A stretch of DNA of 63,257 nucleotides, filler included, from Asterionella formosa (Eukaryota): assembly GCA_002256025.1 (NCBI GenBank). It is 3 parts of 3 records of this genome, joined end to end, with 100 filler letters (N's around TTAATTAATTAA, not from the genome) between each part and the next. Parts side by side here need not be neighbours in the genome. Positions count along the whole stretch, not along the records: positions 21,122 to 42,139 come from NKIB01003146.1; 2 more parts are not named here. One strand, written 5' to 3'. Position numbers and translations under genes: made by a program. Below are positions 25,235-36,936 of the stretch, one piece after another. The notes beneath the pieces are model-generated. The model was not told where the DNA came from and did no database searches. It was given only the letters and a program-made list of their open reading frames with translations. How positions within the stretch are numbered: the stretch's first letter is position 1; each line of letters opens with the position of its first letter.

Positions 25235-25545
25235 GGGGGATTGCTTCGTTGGTTAGCACGCCTTCCGAGGTGGTGGGTTCTGACCGATTCCTGCATTCTT
25301 CACCTGTCTTTCTTTTTCATGTGGTCTTTAGGAATCTAGGTGTGTGGCTACTGAACAAAAAAACAGGTCCCATTGTACCTCACCGACCTATAAAACCGGT
25401 ACTGATCCTCGCGTTCCAGCGCCCAAAGTCGCAACATTTGTTGGGATGATACTGGCTTGGTAAGTATGATCACAAGGGTTAACAACGCGAGGAAGCGCTA
25501 CGCGGTCAAGCCTCCTAGCAAATGCTTAGCCTTAAAGTGCTTAAT
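25235..25545 (+). mobile_element. Candidate tRNA-derived SINE (degenerate tRNA head at 25235-25302 plus body)
   Basis: GGGGGAT...ATTCTTCA acceptor-like pairing, A-box-like TGCTTCGTTGGTTAG, and B-box GGTTC[tgacc]GATTCC with a GTGGG/CCTGC T-stem. The anticodon arm is truncated. 3' boundary uncertain. Confidence 0.45.
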
Positions 25546-27344
25546 ATAGTGGAAGTTAAATTAGGTAATGACATTCATTGGTAACCACATTCATTATGAG
25601 ACCTGATGAACACAAATTTACATCTCAAGGAAAGTGTATGGTTGACTACTGAGAGGTCACTTTCTCTTTTGGCATGATTGCGATGGCGAGAAAACATTTA
25701 TTTAGCCATTATATATAGTCATGTTCAGTAATTTTTTCAATACTATTGCTCTGGCATCCAAATCCTATTCATAAAGACAAGTGATCTATGTGGATGGTAC
25801 AATATACACTTGCAACAAAATATTCTATGTCCAAAAACACCATCATAAGCAAGTTGCGGTAATGTGGCTGATTCACGTATGCGGCTGACTGGCAGACACA
25901 GGAATTCAAACAGAAATATGCTGGAGCGTTACCGGTTAAATCAATAACACTTGCGTAGACCCAGAAAATCGACGTTCGCCAAATCAATTTGAGCGATATG
26001 TTTCAGTCCAAAATAAATCATTTAGAAGAATAATACAATGTAAAACGATTTAATTTACCAGAATTTAGGATAAGAAATGTACAATTTTTGTTTTAGGCAC
26101 ATACAAATCGTTTCAGACATTATCAAATTTGTTTCAGGCAATTATCTGTCAGTCGATTTTTTGTCAGACGATATTTTGTCAGAAAAGTCTCGCTAGGGAA
26201 ACCTCATAGTCGCCTTAATATAATTATTACACCAATCTTTTCTATACATAAAACAATACACTACTAAGTGTAATCGCTGTGGCTGGGTGGAGTATCCTGC
26301 ATTATGTTGTTGTAGCCTTGACCATGACGAAAATAGCGGAACTCTCCACGAAAATTGAGAACGACGCTATCCTATTAGATAGATATATCAAGCACAACAT
26401 AGAAAATACAACAATGGTAAAAGAATTATTGTTGTGATACTAATATTAACAACGAAAATTTAGGTAGAAGCTTTCAATCAATTTATACATGCACTATTCA
26501 AAACAATGATGTTTCGAAACGATTTGGCAATTTACAGTTGCTGCGCAATGAATACTACATACAATGACAAGAACAATAAAATGATTAATCGTAATTTCTA
26601 TTGTCTGGTGATCAACTGTGTGCATCTCGATTAATTTTTTTGTTTTGAGAAGAGGACATGATGCATTGATTGCAATTGAATTGCTTGTTCACTATCACTG
26701 AACAATATGTACGTGCATATGAATACATAATTTCGAGGCATCAGCGGTAGTGTGGTCTCAGCAGTGAACAAGAAACTACAGGTACTTACGATTTGCTCGT
26801 AGGAGTACATAGTATGTGGTGTACAGGCCCCACCCAGGAGATCGTGTCAGACAATTTTTTGTCAGACCATTTATTGTCTTTCAGACAATATTTTGTCGGA
26901 TGATTTTTTTCAGACACATACTACCAATATCTACTTGTCAGACACATACAATAATTGCACTATAATTCATTTAGAAGATTTAACTATAAATATTTTGATT
27001 TAACAGAACAAATTGGTGCTTAATAGTCGTGATAATAGAATAATAAAGTTGTTGACAAGCCTGCCGGGTCTACCCCCACAGTTCGGCTACGGGCAAGCCA
27101 GCATGGATATTCGAATTGAATATTCCGCGATATTGCGGGCTAAATGGATCATGCTTACATTACTCCCAGTGTTTTTACCGCAAATTGCAAATAAATCCAT
27201 GATGTGATGGTAAAAATATATATAATTTCCAAAACACAAAAGTAATCATATATACCGGCAATCCCCATCCTAGCTGTCGTCTTGCTTTTCGATGAGAACT
27301 GTGTGTATCTAAGTAATTTTTGCTGTCTCGATTTTTATTTAGAG

Positions 27345-27731
27345 GCAATTCCCGCTCCAGCTATCGTCTTGCCATTCGGTTACTTCTAAGTTAATTTTAG
27401 GCTCTAAGTAATTTCTTTAGTAATTTTTATTTAAGGGCAATATGGGGCACATCTAATTTTTCGGCATTAAAATTGCCGATTTTAGCATGACAACCAGAAA
27501 AATGGTAATTTGCATAGAGATGGTACAACAAGCGTAAAACACACAAGAATGATTGTATCATGCGACATCAATGAAAATTGAACATAATGTTTGGAGCAAC
27601 CAAAGTATGAAATGCGATGTAATAAGTAGCGTCAAATGAGAAATAGAAAAAATTATTTCAGGTTAGAAATGAAGTAAAAAATAAGAGTTTCAATGGAGAT
27701 GTATGCATTGTGACATTGTAGTACTTACACA
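27345..27731 (+). repeat. Dispersed ~390-bp repeat, copy 1 (preceded by a partial tandem duplicate at ~27258-27344)
   Basis: Colinear, high similarity to 62861-63254, from GCAATTCCCGCTCCAGCTATCGTCTTGCC to GTAGTACTTACACA. Confidence 0.9.
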
Positions 27732-29704
27732 GGCAATTGAATTTCCATCACCACACAATCAAAGACCGAAAAAAGAAGGGAAAAAGCGGAAACGAATTTT
27801 GACCTGCATCGTTATGTAGTGTAGATGATCTACTTGCTGCAACCATGCACATGATCGCTGTAGGAGCCTAACACAAGTTCGTCTGTAAATAAAAAATATC
27901 ATGAAAATATGATCAAGGGTATTGTACGCTAAGTGGCACAGGATTTTCACATATATGATAGTCTTTCGATCAAAAATATGATCAATGTATCATATAATTG
28001 TGATCATGCAGTAAACTTTTACCAAGCTTGAAGTATGATGAGACTATCATGGTTATAATACCATTGCATCATATAATTAGTTTAACATGGTCATATGATG
28101 TGTATACTTTTGTCATACATCTATCTTAGCATGATCGTAATTCTCATCGATATCACTGTCTAAAATAGGATGAAATTGATCGAAATTTAGAACTACATTT
28201 AGCTAAGAATGGTTCTATGATTCTATATCTTTAGTGGCTACAGAATGTTCTACAATGCTTTCATTGCAATGATTGTTGGTGCCGCTTTCACTTCTACCTT
28301 CCCCCCAATCCAATTCTGAAGGTTGTTGTACTGGTTGCCTTGCCGTTGTTCCCCTGCTTTCATTGTTCCATTTACTCCTGAGGGTTGTTCTGAGTTTGCA
28401 TTCACGCACTATTGAATCCGTTTCGTTGTTCCAATCAGCCATACTAGCTAACAAAGAGAAGCAATTCGTTGTTAGCTGTTCATGTTTTGCTTACACAACA
28501 ACATTCATTTCGCTTCTATCTTGCTTCACTTACAACAAATTGAGGAAGTAACTGATGCATATTTCTGTAGAAGAATGTGTCAGTCGAAGATTGAATGAGA
28601 AGCAAAGTATCGATCAATAAATGGGCTCCAACACTGCTGTTTGTAACTTACAAATACTGTTTGTCTACCATTATCCTGAAAGAAGCAACACATATGTGTC
28701 AGTTTTTCTAACAGTTGTGGATTGATCCAAAGATGGCTGATAGGCAGCACTTACCGATTTCTTTTGTCCACATTGATGGTTGACCAGCCACCAAATCGAA
28801 AAGGAGCTATTGAATCAAGTGACATTCAAGAAGGGTCTGAGATCATGGGGACAAAAATTAGTAGGATTCGCTGTGTTTGCCCCCGCCCGTTTGGCAGCCA
28901 TTGCTTCTACCATTGCTTCCTCTCAATCAATACTAGCTAGTAGTATAGCTAATGAAAACCGTAATTAGATGAAATGTGATTTCCGCTTTCTAATATATTA
29001 CATTGTTGCACTACTGAAACTTGAATCCATAAATGGGCATTCAACTTGTGCTTGCTTCTTGCATTTTTGCAGTATAGACTGACTGGTGGTCGATAGGCCA
29101 AAGTGTCTGGCTTTTCAAGAACATCTACAAAGTACTAGTGCTTTTGTCGAGGTTTGTGTCTAATACCAACTGCTGCCATCCATTGAAATATCCCAGATAC
29201 ATCAAAGAATATGCTCTTGTCTTTAAAGGTAAGGAACTAGAACGATGAAAAAGAAAATCTAATGAGACATGAAAATTACGAAACCAGAATCACTCTGTTA
29301 CTAGTTTAAATAGATTGTCTCATGCTTCTTTGTGCATATCGCCTGCTATGCTGCGTTTCAATTCTAGATCTATTACGTTCTTGTTAGAGAGACGATGTTA
29401 CACCAGAGAAGTAGATTGTGCTGTTCTATAATGGATGCATGTTGTTGAGCTATGATTGAGGTTGTAACACTGATTGATGCTTTGGTGACAGACCGGTCGG
29501 AAAATTTCGTCTTTTTGTGTGATGAGCCATTTCGTTTTCATTGGATTTCTTTTCGAGCTCTTTACGGATTGCATAGTATGAACATACTGTACAATGTAGA
29601 TGATGATTCATCAAAGACATATGATGAATTGAACAACAAATGAACATTCCTCTTGACATGGCTGCTTTGTCGTTGTTGCAAGAATCAGAGTGAGGGCTGG
29701 CAAG

Positions 29705-29940
29705 GATGATGAGCCAAACCACATTACTCTAACTAGTACATTATCCTGCCAAGAAATTTAAATAAAGGAACCTAAAAGAAACAATACATATAATAATTAA
29801 ATTTCCATAGTCAAAAGGGTTCCTATTTAAATTACGAGGGCATTTATCAAAATTATTAGATGATATAACGAAAAATTATGATCAGATGATCATAATCCTA
29901 TGATGCATCATGGAAATATGATGGTCTTTATTTGCAGATG
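29705..29940 (+). repeat. Dispersed ~240-bp repeat, single copy
   Basis: Colinear with both units of the tandem pair at 45548-46040. Confidence 0.88.
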
Positions 29941-32185
29941 TTGCAGTCCTTCCACCACCCACAGTCGTTCCTCCCACCAAACAACCCTGATCATCATTCC
30001 ATTCCAATCCATTCTGATTGAATATAATCGCCAGGATGCTCCAGCACTCTCGACTCCCTCTAGCTGAATATACGTAGCTTCTGATACGAACTCGTAGTAG
30101 AAATGTTAAGCATTGCTTGGCGGCAATATTGACATCATTGCTGTCAACGACTATACAAATCAACAAATACGATCAACAATGGCACAATACCACATCTTCA
30201 ATGAGTAGTCATTGATAAATGCATTGGTTCTTATGTAGATATATACAATCGAAACAAAAGACAGTGTGGAACAACAAACAACGATAGAAGCGATCAAAAC
30301 AAACCACGGGAGCAATCAAATCGGAAAGTCAATAAATACAATCTACATTCCACATTCAGTGTTTCACTGTTGTACTCACCGATCCGCTTCAACTAGCATA
30401 ACAAGCAGCAGACGATGGGATCAAAGAAAGAAAAACGTTGCCTATTGCAAGCCCGAATAGAGCAAAGGCAGGCAAGATAGAGTGAGAACTTTATTTGTGA
30501 GGACGAAATCGGGCATACGGTATGTAAAATCAATGAATATGTGAACGATATAAATTAACATTCAGGTCTTGTAAAAATAATACCAAATCTACAGAGATAA
30601 TATTATAACGTGTTCAAAGTAACCGTTAAAGTTAATCTTAAACCATGCATGGTTGTTTTCAGTACCACGTACGTATGTAGGCTAGATGACTACCAGTAGA
30701 ATATCCATTAAGCATCTTCACATGCATGACCGGTGCAAAAACTTGCCACCAACATCAGATGTATCGATATCATTGTTCGTCCGACGAAATATGGACGATG
30801 CGACTACATGAATCCCTCGAGAAGACAAGCAATCTAACAACCAACCACATCCGTTAGACAACGAATCGCTTCTGGCGTCATTGCGGAACTGATTTCGCTT
30901 CAAACCGGTCATGATGTACAACGATTGGCATGGTGAAAGGTGAATTGCTTGAGTCCACTTTTCAGGAGAAGAAGAAAAACGAGGTGAATTCTAGATATAA
31001 ATTATTAAAATCTGTATAGTATATAAAATAGTTTCCTTCAGTAGACCTCTTGCCGATTTCGGCAATCCCAGGGCTGGAAAACGAGGGGCAATTAGCGTCT
31101 GTTGTCTTGCCAAAATGCTAACATATAGAATTGTCAATGCATGTTCATGAACAATTGTCAACTTACACTCTCTTCACGTCGTCCCAACAAAATAAATGAA
31201 ATGTTCAAGCAGTCCTGGAGACGCAGAAACTGCTTATTGAATTTGCTATGGAGGAGATGGATCTGGAGGAATTGTGAGTTGGTGTTGTGGTTGTGGTTGT
31301 GGAGGACCATCCATGTGATTGTAAACTTTGTGTAGTTGGTGCAGTGTGATGTTAGCATATTGAAAAGGAGGATGAGAAAGATGAACTGGATGGCTGAAGT
31401 TTCAAGAAAAGGGAGATCACAATCAATATCATGATTGGAAATTTTCAGATATGCATTGACAGAGTCACTTTCAACTGTAGGGTTCAATCCAGTTAAAATG
31501 AAGAGATGACAATCAAGGTGCCTCGTCAATTGCGTGGGGTGTGGTGTGGCATTGGATTATGTTCCATTGGAAGTCCTTGTTGAAATGAATGATGTTCATC
31601 ATAATGATTCAAATGCTGGTTTGGAAATCATCAAGCTGCTGCTTTGACCACTGGAAAGAGCTAATTCGAAATTAAAGGTAGTTTGGCAGTCAAAAATGAA
31701 GCATACAAAATGAACAATATATGTTTTATATGATGGGCAATTGTAGGATTCAGTAATCCAAAAACTGAACATGTGAAATAAACAACATATGTTTTGTATG
31801 AAGGGTGATAGGCTAGTTTGTGTCCAACATACAAACTATCTATAATGTGTTTTCATTGTTAACTGGAAGGGCAATGTAGAGGCACAAAAGCACACCAATA
31901 GCTAGGTTGTGAATTGCATAGTTAAGGCCCTATTTGGGAGGAGACTGCCTACTTGTATTCTTGTGTACTCATCTTGGGAGGCCCTTGCAGGTAGACTTCT
32001 CTTAGAACTGGGGGCACCACTCATTTGGTCACCCTACTTGCACCTTGTACACAAGATTAATCACATGCAGTCTCCACCCTTGGTTGTGTGTTACCTTCAG
32101 TAGTAATAGTATTATGCTAGAGGCCACTTTTCTTTCCTTCAAATTTGATTTCACTAACTATGTCACTGATGTTCGTATTACTATG

Positions 32186-32290
32186 TAGTAGGATTGACCC
32201 CAAAGAGTCCAACACTTGGCTGGTTTGCCAGTGTGGAAACATATTGTTCCTTCTGGGAGTTCGGGCTGATCAAAAGGAATACACAAAGTC
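32186..32290 (-). repeat. Tandem duplicate of the last ~105 nt of the ProRS coding sequence
   Basis: Near-identical to 32298-32402; encodes [34 protein letters not shown]. Confidence 0.92.
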
Positions 32291-32296
32291 ATATCA

Positions 32297-35282
32297 CTAA
32301 TAGGATCGACCCCAAAGAACCCAACACTTGGCAGGTTTACCAGTGTGGAAACACATTGTTCCTTCTGGGAGTTCGGGCTGATCAAAAGGAATACACAAAG
32401 TCTTCGCTGAAACGGAAAGGGCTTCGGTGGCCTCTTCTCCTTCAATACCAGAGAGTTTCAATGATTCTTCCTTCGACTTTTCCTTTACTTCTTCTTCCTC
32501 TTCTTTGAATTCTCCTCCACACCATGGAGTCAAGACAAGATTGTTCAATTCCAAATTTGGCACAAAGTCCTTCCATTCTGTCACTTTGACCAAGTGTGCA
32601 TCACGCATTTCTTTAGCCTTCGCAAACATTGCAGCTTGGATATCCACCAACTTGGTTTGGAGAGTTCCTGCCAAACCTGCAATGGGCAAGTCAATCTTTT
32701 CTCCATTGAATCGAACCACGACACGAACAGACTGTTGTTCAATGTCACGAGGGCCAACTTCCACACGAAGTGGGACACCCTTTTGCTCCCAATGGTTGTA
32801 CTTCCATCCAGGATTGTACATTTCACGGTCATCATACTTGGCACGGATCTGTGAATGAAACGACATGAAATATTAGTCAAAGCGTAAAGATGTATATAGG
32901 GAATCCCACCAATACAAATACACAAAAACTCACTCCTACAGCTAACAAATTCTTCAAGACGGCTTCACATGTGGGATTCGCTTGCTCCATGGATAAATTC
33001 TTGCTGAGAATAGGGACAATGACAACTTGAAGTGGCGACAGCATAGGAGGCAAAACAAGCCCAGTGTCATCACCGTGCACCATAACCATTACTCCAATAG
33101 TTCTAGTCGTCAACCCCCAAGAGGTTTGCCAAGGAACTTGAGTCTTTCCTTCATGATCTTGAAATCGAATATCAAACATTTTCGCAAAGTTCTGTCCAAG
33201 GTTATGAGATGTGGCACCCTGAATGGCACGGCCTGAGGTGGGAACATAGGCTTCCACAGTTGTGGTTTGGTACCCCCCAGCAAACTTTTCCTTTTCTGTT
33301 TTGTATCCCTTAATGACTGGGACTGCCAAAAGTTCTTCATACACACGTCTGTACAATTCCAATGCTTGCATGACCATAACATCGGCATCTGCCAATGTGG
33401 CGTGTGCGGTATGACCTTCCTGCCATAAGAATTCGCGTGTTCGAAGGAAAGGTGTGGGGTCTTTGAATTCCCATCTTACTACATTGGACCATTGGTTCAA
33501 CTTGAGAGGCAAATCACGGTGACTCTTTATCCAATCAGAAAAGGCAGGATACATGATGGTTTCACTTGTGGGGCGGACGGCGATTGGTGCAGCAAGGTCA
33601 GAATCTCCTGACTTTGTTACCCACGCCACTTCAGGACTAAATCCTTCCACATGGTCCTTCTCTTTTTCCAAGCGATCCTTGGACACAAACATTGGAAAAT
33701 ACGAATTCTCCACTCCAAGAGGCTTTATCTAGAAGGAAGAGGAGAAGGAAAACAAAGTTCATTGCGTTAGAACGAGAGCCCGCCACATGGGTTTCCATAA
33801 ATATTCATACTTCTAGATTGCACATACCTCTCCATTGAACCATTCAGTGATTAATTCCCAAATTTTGTAAGACCATGGTCGTAAGATGTAACATCCTGAA
33901 ATGTCATAGTAGGAAATCATTTCCGACAACACGATGACATCCGAATACCACATTGGAAAATTGTCGGCCTTTTTCCATTGCAAGGCCAATAATGTTTCCC
34001 CTTTTTTCACCACCTTTTTGTTAGGATCCACCTTTTTGATAATAGCTTGTTTGGGCTGTTTTGGTTGCTTGTCCGAGAAACCGGATGGTTTCGTCGCTTG
34101 CTGTTGTTCCCCGTTTGTATCCATGGTTCCAGTAGCACCCGCACAAAAGTCTACCATAGTGTACGCATGGCCTGTCTTTTCAATAAACTTTTTCAATTCC
34201 GTAGGCGTCATGCACACAGACATGTCATTCCGCATGGGATGTGAATGAATATGCTCCACATTCGTAAATAAAGCTTGATCCAAAACCAATGTAATAGAAT
34301 TGGATGTATCATGAAGGATACAAAGCACCCCAACACATCCAGGTTTGACACCTCCCAAGGTTGACGCCAAGGTCTCTTCATCAGCCAATCTCATGTTCGT
34401 TTTTCCTGCTAGTCCCAAGGCCTTGCCCAAGGATTTGGTATCTAATGGTGACGACGTGGCCATAACCAATAAGAACATTCCATGTTTCTTATCCTTAAAC
34501 AGCAAATTTTTGGTATGAGTGTCGTTGGATGGAATGGGAACTGTAGTGACCAGTTCTTCAGCTGTATGACACAAGGGGTGCGAATAAACGGAATGCGGAA
34601 TATTCCATTCTCCAAGTTTGTCTAGAATGACGTTGTCTTGAATGGACAATGTCTCCAATTGAGAAGTCACTGTAGCTCCGGGAGTGCTAGTAAAATACTC
34701 TGATAAAATGGGAATGGCTTTTACCGTGTTGAACCATGTAGTAGCCCTTGGCCCAAGCTCTGTTGGAATCAACCACAAGGCAATCACAACATCACTCGTT
34801 GAAGGAACGCTTCCGCCCAAAAACGCTTGTTCGGACAAGGTAGCTTCCAACTCAGCCATGAATGTAGCCATATTGCCTAGATGTAAAAGAGAAACAAAGA
34901 GTTAGCGCCGGAGAGGGGAACGTTTTGTCCGAGTTGCGGGCATTGTAGATAGAACACAACCAGACGTACCAGGAAGTAAGGCGGGAGTCCATATCATGGC
35001 GGCACTGGCATTTCGAAGCCAAACTGCATCCGCGTCTACCCAATAGTCACTTGGCACAGCAACACAACCGCACAACGTGGAAATGGCCGAAACATAGTCG
35101 TCCTTGGACTGCACCACAGTCTGACGACCTGTCCAAACGTGAGTCGTCACCGCCGTCACTTTAACGACATCATCGTCGACCACAACAGCCACGTCCTTAA
35201 TGCCAAGGCTCTTGGCCAAGGCATTCCAAATGGTACCGGAGGATTCGGGACCTTGACAAGTCACAGCAAGCGTCGTCGTCAT
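32297..35282 (-). CDS. proS: Cytosolic prolyl-tRNA synthetase with N-terminal GST-like and YbaK/ProXp domains; exons 35282-34970, 34876-33828, 33728-32934, 32848-32297
   Basis: [82 protein letters not shown] and terminal GRSY. YbaK motif [11 protein letters not shown]. Three GT-AG introns keep the frame. Confidence 0.95.
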
Positions 35283-35289
35283 GGCACCG

Positions 35290-36300
35290 GTGGATATTGT
35301 AGACTACCGGTACTGGCACAGTACTGGTATCGATGCGGTCTAATACCGGTATGCAAAGTGGCAGTGCTTGCTCGTCGTCATCGGTTCCTCCGTTTCTGCC
35401 TCGCTGCGGCTTGGTATGATACTTTTCATACCACCCTGGGACAGATCCTACATACAGTCAAGTAAAACGTGACCGAAAGATGAACGCACATCAGTGCATA
35501 TACCGGCAGTCTAGTCTACCGGTAATCTATTTTATGCATACTAATATATCTAGTACCGGTATTTTTCGCCAGGGTACCTACGGAGTACTTGTTACTCCTG
35601 GTCCCTGTTGCTCCCTCGTAACAATCTATCTAGGGAAGTACTAGGTATGACGGAATACTACATACAAAGGTTGTCCCAGGTAGCATAACGGTTGTAGTGC
35701 CGTACTGGTACCTGGTACAAACGGCTCTCCTATTCCGGTACCAGGTATTTGCAAGTTGCGGTCATGCTACTTTCAACATTTTAATATGGGATAAAGAAAG
35801 CTAAATCGTTAGTATCAGCAACATTACCGTAACTTGGTGGTACAAACGGCTCTTCTATACCGGTACCAGGGTTTTAGGTGCAAACGGTTCTCCTAAATCG
35901 GTACCTGGTACCCTGGTACGGTACTGGTACCAGGTACTTGGTACTTGGTTTCTCGAGTGGAGTACCAGTTAGCACCAGTACCTAGACTACCGTGGTCTTT
36001 GGAAAATCAATGTTAGCAGCAATTTGCGGTCTTTAGTTTCATCAAATTTACAGCAACTTGCAGGTACCATGGTAACCAGGGTACCAGGTACCGGTACCTT
36101 GTACCTGTTACCAGCATTACAATGCGCTTCTTCTTACCGGTATATGGTGGAGTACCGACTGGTACGTGGTTGTCTCCTACGACCAGTTCCTGTCACCAGG
36201 TACCACCACGTACAGTACTCTACATATTTACCGAAAGCAGACGTTTACGGTATATTGCACACAGACACCACCTCGTACCAGGTACCAGGGTACCTGGTAG
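35290..36300. repeat. Dense GTAC / TACC(A/T)GGTA / TACCGGTA palindrome cluster in the divergent ProRS-RPS21 promoter region
   Basis: Dozens of overlapping motifs, plus three related GGTACAAACGGCT/TTCT units (~35714, ~35839, ~35877). Confidence 0.8.
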
Positions 36301-36669
36301 CTTGGTCACCACACAAACGCACTCAACAGTCAATCAGACACACGAGTAGTAAGTGGTGAGAGTTAACTGGCGGCCCATTCCTCACGACGAAACAGCTCTT
36401 TCAACAAATCCAGAAACTGCTAGGGTAAGGAATACTCATCACCATGGCCGTCCTCGTCGTTATTCTATCTATGCAGTTGTGCACAGTAGTCCCTTGAACG
36501 ATTTGTGAATGGATGAATCGAGTTGTTGATCCGAGAACAAGTAACAGGGATGCGTGGAATGCGTTGGAATTCATACTTTTGGTACTCGATATTGCAATGC
36601 CTAGGCTGGGCCAGGTGTCATCGCACTCACTCACATTTCACTCTCCACACCAACAGATACCATAAAATC

Positions 36670-36936
36670 ATGCAAAACGAACAAGGAGACAACGTGGATC
36701 TTTATGTTCCCAGAAAGTGTTCGTACACAAACCGATTGGTCAAGGCCAAGGATCATTCGTCGGTGCAAATCAATGTAGCCAATGTCGATCCCGTCACAGG
36801 AATTGCGGCCTTGGGAGACTTTACTCCCTACTGTTTGGCAGGATACATTAGATTCAAATCAGAAGGAGATATGGCATTGACGACCTTGGTTACGGAAAGA
36901 GACACTCAAATGTTGGCCGCGGCGCAAGTCGAATAA
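36670..36936 (+). CDS. RPS21: 40S ribosomal protein S21
   Basis: MQNEQGDNVDLYVPRKCSYTNRLVKAKDHSSVQIN is diagnostic. A probable 5' UTR intron spans 36425-36656 (GTAAGG...CAACAG). Confidence 0.96.
   Translation: MQNEQGDNVDLYVPRKCSYTNRLVKAKDHSSVQINVANVDPVTGIAALGDFTPYCLAGYIRFKSEGDMALTTLVTERDTQMLAAAQVE

Noticed and set aside
36523..36669. N-terminal extension of RPS21 in the ORF track
   Set aside because: It starts at a non-ATG codon within the probable UTR intron; the conserved protein begins MQN at 36670.
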